64,000 bases of DNA, from positions 800,001-864,000 of the forward strand of contig OY762209.1 in assembly GCA_963665295.1 (NCBI GenBank), read 5' to 3'. The notes below the pieces were generated by a model. The model was not told the DNA's origin. It saw nothing but the letters and a program-made list of their open reading frames with translations, and made no database searches. A program made the position numbers and the translations under genes. Shown one piece after another: positions 45,222 to 53,697 of this stretch (the first letter of the stretch is position 1; every line of letters begins with the position of its first letter). The stretch is from Syntrophorhabdaceae bacterium. Its GTDB lineage: Bacteria > Desulfobacterota > Syntrophorhabdia > Syntrophorhabdales > Syntrophorhabdaceae.

Positions 45222-46811
45222 ATGGACTCACCTGCGAGTCATGAAGCTGCTTTGGGCAACTTTCAAAATCACGACATCAGCCTGAGCCAGTTCTTTACCG
45301 AGCTTACCCTGAACATTTGCGGGAGCCTCGATATAGAGAAAGCCCTGTGGAAATCCCTCGTATATATCCGCAACGTCATGCCGGCCGATGAGATCGTGCT
45401 TACCTCCTATGACGCGGAACTGGGGGCTCTGGAACTCGTTGCGACCGCAACGGTAGACGGCGGGATCAGTCATTCCGAGAAGATTCATCTGTCGCAAAAG
45501 CAGAGAGAAGAGATCGAGCGGCCGGAGCGCCTGCCGCGGGTCAGAATCGCAGACTCTCTTCATGACAGTTTCTTCCGGCCCGTGGCGAATCGCCTCAATT
45601 GGGAACCCTCAGATATCATGATCGGCAGGCTCATACTGGAGGGCAAGTACATAGGCGCTCTCACCGTTCGGGCCGCAGGGCGGGGGAGATACAGCGAATG
45701 GCACAAAGCCCTCTGGAAGATGCTCAACGAACCTGCTGCGATTGCGCTGGCCAACAGCAAGAGATACAGGGAGTTGGAGAAGCTGAAAGACCGACTTGTC
45801 GACGACAAACGGTATCTTCAAAACGAACTCCGGCGGACGTCCGGGGTGCAGGTGGTAGGAGCTTCATTCGGTCTCAGAAGTGTTATGGAGCAGGTCCGTA
45901 AAGTCGCCACCTTACCCAGCGCGGTTCTGCTGCATGGAGAGACGGGGACGGGCAAAGAGGTAATCGCCAACATGATCCATAGCCTTTCGCAGCGCGCCGA
46001 TGGACCTTTTGTGAAAATAAATTGCGGCGCTATTCCCGAAAGTCTTATGGACAGCGAGCTTTTCGGTCACGAAAAGGGCGCGTTTACGGGAGCACTGACC
46101 CAGAAGCCGGGACGCTTCGAGAGGGCCAACGGGGGCACGATCTTCCTGGATGAAGTAAGCGAGCTGACACTTCAGGCTCAGGTAAGATTGCTTCGCGTAA
46201 TACAGGAAAAGGAGATAGAGCGCATCGGCGGCACGTCCCCCATCAAGACCGATGCGCGGATAATCTCCGCCACAAACCGCGATCTGGAGAAGCTTACCGT
46301 AAGTGGAGAGTTCAGAAAAGATCTTTACTTCCGGCTGAAAGTATTCCCTATTTTTATTCCGCCGCTCAGAGACCGCAAGAATGATATACCTGAGCTGGCA
46401 AAACATTTTGTTTTAAAAAAATCCCAGGAAATGGCCCTTCCCAAAACGCCAATTCTGAGTCCCGGTGCCATCGATACCCTCATGTCCTACGACTGGCCCG
46501 GAAACGTAAGAGAGCTTGAAAACGCGGTGGAGCGGGCCATAATCCTCTCCGGCGGCCTTCCGCTCCAATTCGATGCCATTCTCGGATCTGCCCCGCCGCG
46601 GGCTTATCTTGAGGAACAGGACGGGCCGCTGGCCTTCAAAGACGTGGAGAGGAGCCTTTTCCGTCGCGCCCTCGAAGCGGCACGGGGCAAAATAGAGGGT
46701 CCGGGCGGGGCGGCGGAACTCGTCGGGCTTCCGCCGTGGACTCTGAGGCGGAAGCTCAGGAGGCTGGGCATGGATTTCGGGAGAAAGAAAGGCCCCTTCG
46801 GCCACTGCTGA
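45222..46811 (+). CDS. Sigma-54-dependent enhancer-binding protein (GAF-AAA+-HTH)
   Basis: GETGTGKE, GAFTGA, FLDEV, WPGNVREL. Confidence 0.95.
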   Translation: MDSPASHEAALGNFQNHDISLSQFFTELTLNICGSLDIEKALWKSLVYIRNVMPADEIVLTSYDAELGALELVATATVDGGISHSEKIHLSQKQREEIERPERLPRVRIADSLHDSFFRPVANRLNWEPSDIMIGRLILEGKYIGALTVRAAGRGRYSEWHKALWKMLNEPAAIALANSKRYRELEKLKDRLVDDKRYLQNELRRTSGVQVVGASFGLRSVMEQVRKVATLPSAVLLHGETGTGKEVIANMIHSLSQRADGPFVKINCGAIPESLMDSELFGHEKGAFTGALTQKPGRFERANGGTIFLDEVSELTLQAQVRLLRVIQEKEIERIGGTSPIKTDARIISATNRDLEKLTVSGEFRKDLYFRLKVFPIFIPPLRDRKNDIPELAKHFVLKKSQEMALPKTPILSPGAIDTLMSYDWPGNVRELENAVERAIILSGGLPLQFDAILGSAPPRAYLEEQDGPLAFKDVERSLFRRALEAARGKIEGPGGAAELVGLPPWTLRRKLRRLGMDFGRKKGPFGHC

Positions 46812-46994
46812 CAAAGAAAAGCAAACTGTCTGGTTCGACCCGAAATAGCCCAAATGTAGACTGTATTGGTGGGGTGGAATCAATTGGGCTGCCTGAGCAA
46901 GCAATCGAGTATTACAACAAGGCCTAGCCCGACTTCGCGGATTCACCCCCTAAAACGACCATTTTCACTTTTTCTGGTAACAGTTTAGTCCCCC

Positions 46995-48515
46995 TCACGG
47001 AGCCCTCGCCCCATTGCGATACAGCGCCGCCTGTGCCGTCATGGTATCCGACACCAGAAGCGTCTCCAGGAACTTCCGTGGATCGTTCCCTTGCCTCATG
47101 GAAGTAATGATGAGACTCGGCAGGATACTGTGGGTCTTCAGTCCCGTTGCCGACCGCGTACCGAACATGAGCTTCCTCATGATCACCAGGAAGCGGATCG
47201 ACTGTTCTGCCTGGTTGTTGGTAGGTGGTACTCCCGGATAGCGAAGGAACGTGAAGAGAAACTTCCGGTCTTTGCCGGTAAGGAAGGTACGGAGCACTTC
47301 CGCCGGCTTATACTTGAGGGGCTTTGCACATATCTTCCCGAGGGTTGCTCTCAATTGCTTCTCGATGCGGGGAGCATCTCCCCACTCTCTCTTTCCCTTA
47401 AGAAGATCCCCGCCCGCGGCGCAGGCATCCGAGAAGAGCCTCCCGACCGCATCACAGAACGCCTCCGCTTTTGTATCTCTTGTCTCCATGAGGACGAGAT
47501 CCCGGGTCAATTCTCCGGCCCTGGTGATAAGGTGGGCAAGGCATGTCTGCCTTTCTCTCGCATGAACTCCGTTATACGCGGCATAGCGGTCGGTGATGAG
47601 CACCCCGTCGAAGTTGTCCCCGAGAAGATGTTGAGCCACTTCTGTCGAGCGGTGCCGGTCGATATGGAAGAGGGCAAGATCGGCGTTTCCCGCATACCAC
47701 GCGTAATGACCGGTCCCGTCGTTCCTCCATGATGTCTCATCGGCATGAACTATTTCCGAGGCGCGTATCTTCTCCCGGAGGTCTTCATAAAGAGGTGTCC
47801 CCCTTTTCGCCGCAGCCCTGTCAAACCCCACTGCCGACGCAGGGACAAAGGGTATACCAAAGACCTCCCTCATAACTTCCTCTACCTTTCGATAGCTCAT
47901 ACCTATCCTGTACCGCAAGTATAAGGCAACGGATTTCGTAACCGGTCCGATAGGAGCATTCGGAAGTTCGTCGGGAGCCGCCTTCACCACAGAACGCCCG
48001 CAACGGCTACAGTATGCTTCCTTATGCACATACCGTCTCACCACCGTGCGGGGTCTTATGACAATGTCTTCCTGCACATGCTCACGGATCCCTTCCCCGG
48101 GGACAAGAGGGCCTGACCCGCAATGGGGGCATCGATCGGGAGCGGGCACGTGAACCGTCGCATCCACGCGGGCAGGCTCGGGCCTGAACCACCCGGGGTG
48201 TCCGACCGGAGCGCCGCGCTTCCTCCCTGCCAAAGAGACCGCATGCTCCGGTTTTTTGTTCGCCTTGAACTGTCTTCGATGCAATGCGGTATTCTTCGCC
48301 TTCAGTTCCTCGTTCTCCTTCTCTAAAAGACGGATACGCTTCATGGTGTCATCCAGCCTGTCCCGGAACACATCGATAATCCGAAGATGCTCTTCGTACA
48401 CCTCATGGGCCCGCTCATATTCTCCAAAGACCCATAGGGTGGAGAGAAAGTTAAGATGGGGGCAATTGTCCTTATAAAGACAATCGTAGCCGTATGGAGG
48501 ATAGACCCTCTTCAC
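46995..48515 (-). CDS. tnpC: IS66-family DDE transposase (slightly diverged allele)
   Basis: As in copy A with a few substitutions (EVFGIPF, AGELTRDL). Confidence 0.95.
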   Translation of the reverse strand: MKRVYPPYGYDCLYKDNCPHLNFLSTLWVFGEYERAHEVYEEHLRIIDVFRDRLDDTMKRIRLLEKENEELKAKNTALHRRQFKANKKPEHAVSLAGRKRGAPVGHPGWFRPEPARVDATVHVPAPDRCPHCGSGPLVPGEGIREHVQEDIVIRPRTVVRRYVHKEAYCSRCGRSVVKAAPDELPNAPIGPVTKSVALYLRYRIGMSYRKVEEVMREVFGIPFVPASAVGFDRAAAKRGTPLYEDLREKIRASEIVHADETSWRNDGTGHYAWYAGNADLALFHIDRHRSTEVAQHLLGDNFDGVLITDRYAAYNGVHARERQTCLAHLITRAGELTRDLVLMETRDTKAEAFCDAVGRLFSDACAAGGDLLKGKREWGDAPRIEKQLRATLGKICAKPLKYKPAEVLRTFLTGKDRKFLFTFLRYPGVPPTNNQAEQSIRFLVIMRKLMFGTRSATGLKTHSILPSLIITSMRQGNDPRKFLETLLVSDTMTAQAALYRNGARAP

Positions 48516-48790
48516 TCGCTCTCCTGTTTCAGTATCTCCCAGTTGATCTTAGAAAGCTTCTGTATGAGAAGCCACATCATCTTGTACCGCTTCGTCATCT
48601 CCTTCGCCTTCTCGGCAATCTGTTTTCTCACATACACGGTTACGGTCTTCCCCTTCACTTTTGTGGTAAGGGAGTGGCCCGTCATGGAAGGGGACTTGGC
48701 CACCGTCCCGATAAGGAAGAAATCCAGCTGTGCGACAATGTCCTCCTTAAGTCTCTCCCGCTGCCTTTTAAGAAGATCGATTTGTTCCAT
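48512..48790 (-). CDS. IS66 accessory small protein
   Basis: As in copy A. Confidence 0.75.
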   Translation of the reverse strand: MEQIDLLKRQRERLKEDIVAQLDFFLIGTVAKSPSMTGHSLTTKVKGKTVTVYVRKQIAEKAKEMTKRYKMMWLLIQKLSKINWEILKQESE

Positions 48791-49000
48791 TGAACCCTCC
48801 GACTGAGTAGTAGTACTCCTATTATAATACCATCATGGAACAAGGGAATCAAAGGTGTTGTGCAAATTAGACATAATATTTTGCTGGAAAAAGTTCCGAG
48901 AGGACTAAACTGTTACCAAAGAACCTGGGGGACCATGAGGGACGCTCATTAATTAATCAATTCCATTGACATCCGTACCCCTCCCTGATACCATATCTTC

Positions 49001-49939
49001 ATGCCGAGAAAAGCTCGCATTGATGTTCCTGGGGCGGTGCATCATCTTATGGTGCGGAGTATCGCCCGAAGCGTCCTCTTCCGTGACGACACAGACAGAA
49101 ATAGATTCATTGACCGCGCTGCAACGGTCTTCACGGAAGGCAAAGCGGGCTGCTACGCCTTCGCCCTTCTTTCAAACCATGTGCATCTCCTTGTCAGGAC
49201 CGGCATTGTTCCTCTATCGACCCTCATGACACGGATCCTGACGGGTTACGCAGTCTCTTTCAACAAACGGCATAAGAGGTACGGCCACCTTTTTCAGAAC
49301 CGCTACAAATCGATCCTCTGCGAGGAAGATCCCTATTTCAACGAGTTGGTCCGTTACATCCATCTGAAGCCGCTCCGGGCGCGCCTTATTCCCGACCTCA
49401 ATACCCTCGACTCCTATCCCTACTCAGGCCATGCAACGCTCATGGGGCGATACGAAAGATCATGGCTCGATACGGACTATGTCCTTTCCCGGTTCGGCTC
49501 GAAAACCCTCTACAGAGCATTTGTGGAGGCAGGCATAAAAGAGGGAAGGCGACATGATCTCACCAGGGCGAATATCAAGGGCGATGAGCGCATCCTGGGG
49601 AGCACGCGTTTTGTCCTTGAAGTAATGAAGTCCGCGGGGGAGGCATGGGAACACACCCAGCGCCTCAAAGTAGAGGGCGTTGATTTCGAGGCTGTCTTAT
49701 CTCACGTGGAGAAGCAGTTCGGTCTTGACCCCGGGGAGCTTCTTCGTCCAGGCAAGTATCCTCGTCGCGTCGCCGCCCGCAGCGTCCTCTGCTATTTTCT
49801 CGTAAGAGAGCTTCACATGACCGCAACAGCAGTGGCCGGGAGGCTGGGTCTAGGTCAGCCCGCAGTAAGCATTGCAGTCGCAAGAGGCGAAGCCCTGGTG
49901 CGAGAGAAAGGCTATAGCATGGCTGATTTGATGGGTTAA
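49001..49939 (+). CDS. RAYT/TnpA-Y1 HUH transposase (element about 48927-49962), possibly impaired
   Basis: NHVHLL, GHLFQNRYKSIL; YIHLKP instead of YIHxNP and a 12-bp deletion relative to the 60498 copy. Confidence 0.9.
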   Translation: MPRKARIDVPGAVHHLMVRSIARSVLFRDDTDRNRFIDRAATVFTEGKAGCYAFALLSNHVHLLVRTGIVPLSTLMTRILTGYAVSFNKRHKRYGHLFQNRYKSILCEEDPYFNELVRYIHLKPLRARLIPDLNTLDSYPYSGHATLMGRYERSWLDTDYVLSRFGSKTLYRAFVEAGIKEGRRHDLTRANIKGDERILGSTRFVLEVMKSAGEAWEHTQRLKVEGVDFEAVLSHVEKQFGLDPGELLRPGKYPRRVAARSVLCYFLVRELHMTATAVAGRLGLGQPAVSIAVARGEALVREKGYSMADLMG

Positions 49940-49962
49940 TGGAGGTCTCTGTGTCCCCCCCC

Positions 49963-50149
49963 TTTTGAAGTTAAATTCGCCGTCCTTACGCGAATCCCCG
50001 TCTCCAAAAGCACATGGTGGGCCGGAATCCGTGAAGGCCGATTTCCCAAACCGGTCAAATTGAGTACCCGGGCGACGGCATGGCTGGAGGCAGATATTGA
50101 TGCGTTGTGTGAAGCCCTGTGCGCTGAAAGCGGGAACCAAAGAAATTGA
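49963..50149 (+). pseudogene. alpA: 5'-truncated alpA
   Basis: AVLTRIPVSKSTWWAGIREGRFPKPVKLSTRATAWLEADID; start replaced by the Y1 element end. Confidence 0.85.
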
Positions 50150-50173
50150 CACCACATTGCCATGTGGTATACT
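50146..50173 (+). promoter_or_regulatory. TA promoter with operator palindrome
   Basis: TTGACA-16-TATACT enclosing ACCACAT-N4-ATGTGGT. Confidence 0.7.
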
Positions 50174-50234
50174 TCTCGTTAAGAGATAAGCCATGGAGAA
50201 AAGGCCACCCTCTAAGCCGCAAGGAAGGTGAATT

Positions 50235-50483
50235 ATGTCAACCGCGCAAAGACGTTCAAGTGACCCGATCAAGATCAAGCAGTTTGTTACCAATCCAAAG
50301 GGCCACAGGATCGCCGTCACCATCGATATAAAGGAATATGAGAGATTGGAGAAAATATTGAAGCTCATTCCTTCCTCTGAGGCATGGCTTTATGAGAACT
50401 CCGAGGCCCTGGAAAGCGTCGGGAAAGGGTTGCAGGACGCGGCGCAGGGAAAGGTTTCCAAGCTCAACCTGAAAGACCTGTAG
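50235..50483 (+). CDS. Putative type II antitoxin
   Basis: 82 aa, IPSSEAWLYENSEALESVGKGLQDAAQGKV; upstream of a RelE-like gene. Confidence 0.7.
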   Translation: MSTAQRRSSDPIKIKQFVTNPKGHRIAVTIDIKEYERLEKILKLIPSSEAWLYENSEALESVGKGLQDAAQGKVSKLNLKDL

Positions 50484-50490
50484 GCCCCTC

Positions 50491-50784
50491 TTGTTCGAAA
50501 TCTACCTTACCGACCACGCAAGGGAACAACTCAACACGCTTAAGGCCGACAAGGGCCTCCTCAAAAGGCATAAGGCAGTCGTGAAGACTATCCGCCTTCT
50601 CGCCGACAACCCCCGTCACCCGGGGCTGTCAACCCATGAATTTACGACTCTCAAAGGCCCCAAGGGTGAGAAGATTTTCGAAGCCTATGCAGAACAAAGG
50701 ACACCGGCTGCCTACCGTATTTTCTGGTACTACGGTCCCGGCGAAGGCCGGATCACCGTCGTTGCCGTTACTCCACACCCGTAG
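50491..50784 (+). CDS. RelE/ParE-fold toxin
   Basis: NPRHPGLSTHE, FEAYAEQRTPAAYRIFWYYGP. Confidence 0.75.
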   Translation: MFEIYLTDHAREQLNTLKADKGLLKRHKAVVKTIRLLADNPRHPGLSTHEFTTLKGPKGEKIFEAYAEQRTPAAYRIFWYYGPGEGRITVVAVTPHP

Positions 50785-50870
50785 GCCGGGAAGCACCACT
50801 TGTATGCTCCTTGCTCTGCCGAACGGGTCCGATGTCCTGGACAATCCGTCCGCCAAGACTTATCCCAGGT

Positions 50871-51131
50871 CTATTTTTCGTAAAACAGGTTGCGAAACGC
50901 ACAACATTCTGCTAAATAGGCCAGCCTGAAGGTATCCGTGATGATGTCGGCTCTACTAATATTTGAATCAATTTCGGAGTCCCACTTTTGGCCAGGGACG
51001 ATCTTTCTGTCATGCCACGTTTCGACAAGGTCTTGGCGCTTCAAGATGGCCAAGTGTGTCTCAAGTTCATCCTTATAGATTTCGTCTTTATGAGAGTAGC
51101 TATAGAAAACTCGAAGCTTGGTTATCGTCAT
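50871..51131 (-). pseudogene. Truncated TIR-domain gene
   Basis: VFYSYSHKDE..LETHL...WHDRKIVPGQKWDSEID..ADII, then similarity is lost before the catalytic Glu helix. Confidence 0.8.
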
Positions 51132-51475
51132 AGGCCTTGTTGGGAACGTCCCTCGTTGTCTTGACTCGCCGCATGGGTTTACCAACTCGCCAGCGTCAGG
51201 ATATCATATTCTATCGATTACCATTTGAAGAACTGGATGTCCAGAAGAATTAGTAGAAGGTCGCGCTCGGGAGCCGATCGGAGTCGGCTGGGTCGGCTTC
51301 TGCGTGTTATGATGGAATCTGAGTGACTTGTTTGTTTTTGGGGGTAGTAACATGCTTGGCACGTATGATAATGATACATGTCTAACATCAATATGTTACG
51401 CCACTAATGCGATAGACGCCGCCGAAATGGATTGGGCCCTTCCGGGCCTATGATTTGAGGGCTTCAAGCAAGAAT

Positions 51476-51578
51476 AAGAAAGGACATAGGGGGTCGCCCT
51501 TGACGCAGGGCGGACACCCGACGGCCACTTGCAATGATTTTGGCTCTTTCACGGCTTATGTGCCCTATGTCCTTTCTT
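51476..51578. repeat. Degenerate relative of the MITE at 18614
   Basis: Arms AAGAAAGGACATAGG / CCTATGTCCTTTCTT; shares GGGTC.CCCTTGAC, CCACTTG and CAATGATT internal blocks. Confidence 0.65.
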
Positions 51579-52212
51579 ATTCTTGCTTTTCCGCGAAATA
51601 AATGGTCCCTATGCCATAGCGTGTTTCTACGGCACGAAAGCCATTTTTCTGAAACATCTCATAAATTGTTTCCGGGGCGAGAAATTCGTAGCTGAAACCT
51701 TCTTCGAGAATGATTTTATTACCTTCAACCCGTGGCGAAAAACCGTTTTGACGATAGAAAGTATTCAATTCATCGGCGGCGTCTTGACGATAGACGCTGA
51801 TCAGAAAACGCCTGGTCGAACGGGCAATCGTCTCAAATACGCGTTTATGCCCATTGATAATGGGTAAAATACAATAGCAAATGGTGCAGTCGAAATGATC
51901 GGCGGGAAAGGCCAATTCTCGAATATCCGCATGGATAAGCGTGACTTTGTGGGCAACTTTCCGAGCCGCAATCTCAATCATTTCTTGCGTATAATCTACT
52001 CCAACTGCCCGAATAGACGGATATTGGTCAAGAATATACATCAAATGTTGACCCGTACCGCAGCCGATATCCAGAACAGATTGTTTTCCATTCAACACAT
52101 CAAGAGCATGTTTCGCTTCTGCATCACGAAATATCTGTAAATTAGGCGTATAGAGCGTCGCATCATAGTTGTGTGCGGACTGTGAGTAAAATTGCTGTAA
52201 TTCATCTTTCAT
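51577..52212 (-). CDS. Class I SAM-dependent methyltransferase
   Basis: VLDIGCGTG, GVDYTQEMI, ADIRELAF; start placed at MKDELQ. Confidence 0.9.
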   Translation of the reverse strand: MKDELQQFYSQSAHNYDATLYTPNLQIFRDAEAKHALDVLNGKQSVLDIGCGTGQHLMYILDQYPSIRAVGVDYTQEMIEIAARKVAHKVTLIHADIRELAFPADHFDCTICYCILPIINGHKRVFETIARSTRRFLISVYRQDAADELNTFYRQNGFSPRVEGNKIILEEGFSYEFLAPETIYEMFQKNGFRAVETRYGIGTIYFAEKQE

Positions 52213-52681
52213 ATATTCTTCTCCTTCACTGAATACACCTCGTTCGGTTTGTACGACGGCTGACTCAAGTATACAGAAAACCGTCTCCATAATCATGAGG
52301 AAAATTGCAGCGCAAATTCAGAAATTTCCGACCCGAAATACAGAGATAATTCTGTATAGCTGAAACACGTTTCACAGGTCCTTTCATTTTTCCGCGATAA
52401 TTCAATTTATCGATGAAGTGAAGGTGTTCACCGCCCCCCGGACAGGCCGGAGGAGCTTTCCGCGTTTCCGGGGCACAATCGGCAGAGTCGGCGATTATGA
52501 TTGACATACAACCGAATTTGCCCTAACGTATTTCCGCGGTATGTGAGTCTTTAGTGTTCACCAAGCGTGAGGTGTCTATGGGCGATCCCCAGCGTCTCGA
52601 AGGCGCTCTTTCGATTCTTCGTCAAGGCAATTACGGTCGGTTTTTGGCTGTTGTAAAGTACGATAGTGTGGTGCAGGATCC

Positions 52682-53629
52682 ATGAACCCATTTCAGATAA
52701 AAAGAGCAGAATCAGACACGGGGCTGCAAAAGCCGCCCGACGATGAGAGCCGCCTCTATCGCATGATGCTGTGGGCTTACATAACGGTGCTGCCCGCAGC
52801 AGCCTTGTTCTTCATTACGGCGGCCATCTCGAATTCCATTGCCCTCTTCGTGTATCTCGCGTGGTATTCCATCAGCTTCGCAGTGCAGACATTCTCCCTC
52901 TATGCCGTTCGGCAGACGATCAGGGCCAACTCCAACCGTTTTCCCTATGGCACCGGCAAACTCGAAAACTTCTCGGCCTTTCTTGACGGCGCGTTATACG
53001 TGCCCATCGGGCTATACCTGGCCTATGACGCCTCAAATCGCCTCTTCACGCCTCTGCCCGTCGGTTACGCCCTGGGCATGATCCCCGTTATTATCACGGG
53101 AGTGCGTATGGCGGTCTTCTACCTCGTGTGCCGCCGAATGATCGGTGCGGTTGCTGCGCCTTCGCCTATCCTGCAGGCGTATACCGTCGCCTTCAGGGTA
53201 GCCCTGCTCAGCAATCTGGGCGTACTTTGTGCGTTTATGACGGCCTACACCCTGATTCATTTCGGATTACCTGCGATCGGCAATCGCGTGGATCCGGCGA
53301 CGGGACTGGTACTGGCTGCGTATATGGTGTTTTCCGGCAGCCGGCTGGTGTGGCGCAACTTCCGATCCTTGATGGACCTGCCGCTGAAAGAGGATGAGCA
53401 GTTGCGCGTGATGAGGGTTCTTGCCGCACACTATGACGACTACGAGGGCGTTGGGACCATTTACACGCGGACCAGCGGCAAGGAGAATTTCGTGGAGTTG
53501 GAACTCTTCTTCCCTGCCTATACAACGCTCGGAGATATTCAGGCGCTGGAAAAGACCATGAAGCAAACGCTGGAACGGGAACTGCCGGGGCTCACGTTCA
53601 GGATCATCCCCGTCACGCTTCCCCGATAG
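52682..53629 (+). CDS. Cation diffusion facilitator-like transporter with atypical metal site
   Basis: Six TM segments, FPYGTGKLE, VDP, LMD, RTSG dimerisation domain. Confidence 0.8.
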   Translation: MNPFQIKRAESDTGLQKPPDDESRLYRMMLWAYITVLPAAALFFITAAISNSIALFVYLAWYSISFAVQTFSLYAVRQTIRANSNRFPYGTGKLENFSAFLDGALYVPIGLYLAYDASNRLFTPLPVGYALGMIPVIITGVRMAVFYLVCRRMIGAVAAPSPILQAYTVAFRVALLSNLGVLCAFMTAYTLIHFGLPAIGNRVDPATGLVLAAYMVFSGSRLVWRNFRSLMDLPLKEDEQLRVMRVLAAHYDDYEGVGTIYTRTSGKENFVELELFFPAYTTLGDIQALEKTMKQTLERELPGLTFRIIPVTLPR

Positions 53630-53697
53630 GTTTCAAGATCCGACTCCGTTGCGCCACGGGCCCTGAAAGACGACTCTCTTTCGAGCCGCAGACTCCG

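Larger units (their letters stand above)
46977..48916 (-). mobile_element. IS66-family element, copy D (1940 bp)
   Basis: Same IRs; flanks TTTTTCTG / CAAAGAAC are not duplicated. Confidence 0.95.

Noticed and set aside
46860..46927. TPR-like fragment LGLPEQAIEYYNKA
   Set aside because: Too short to call
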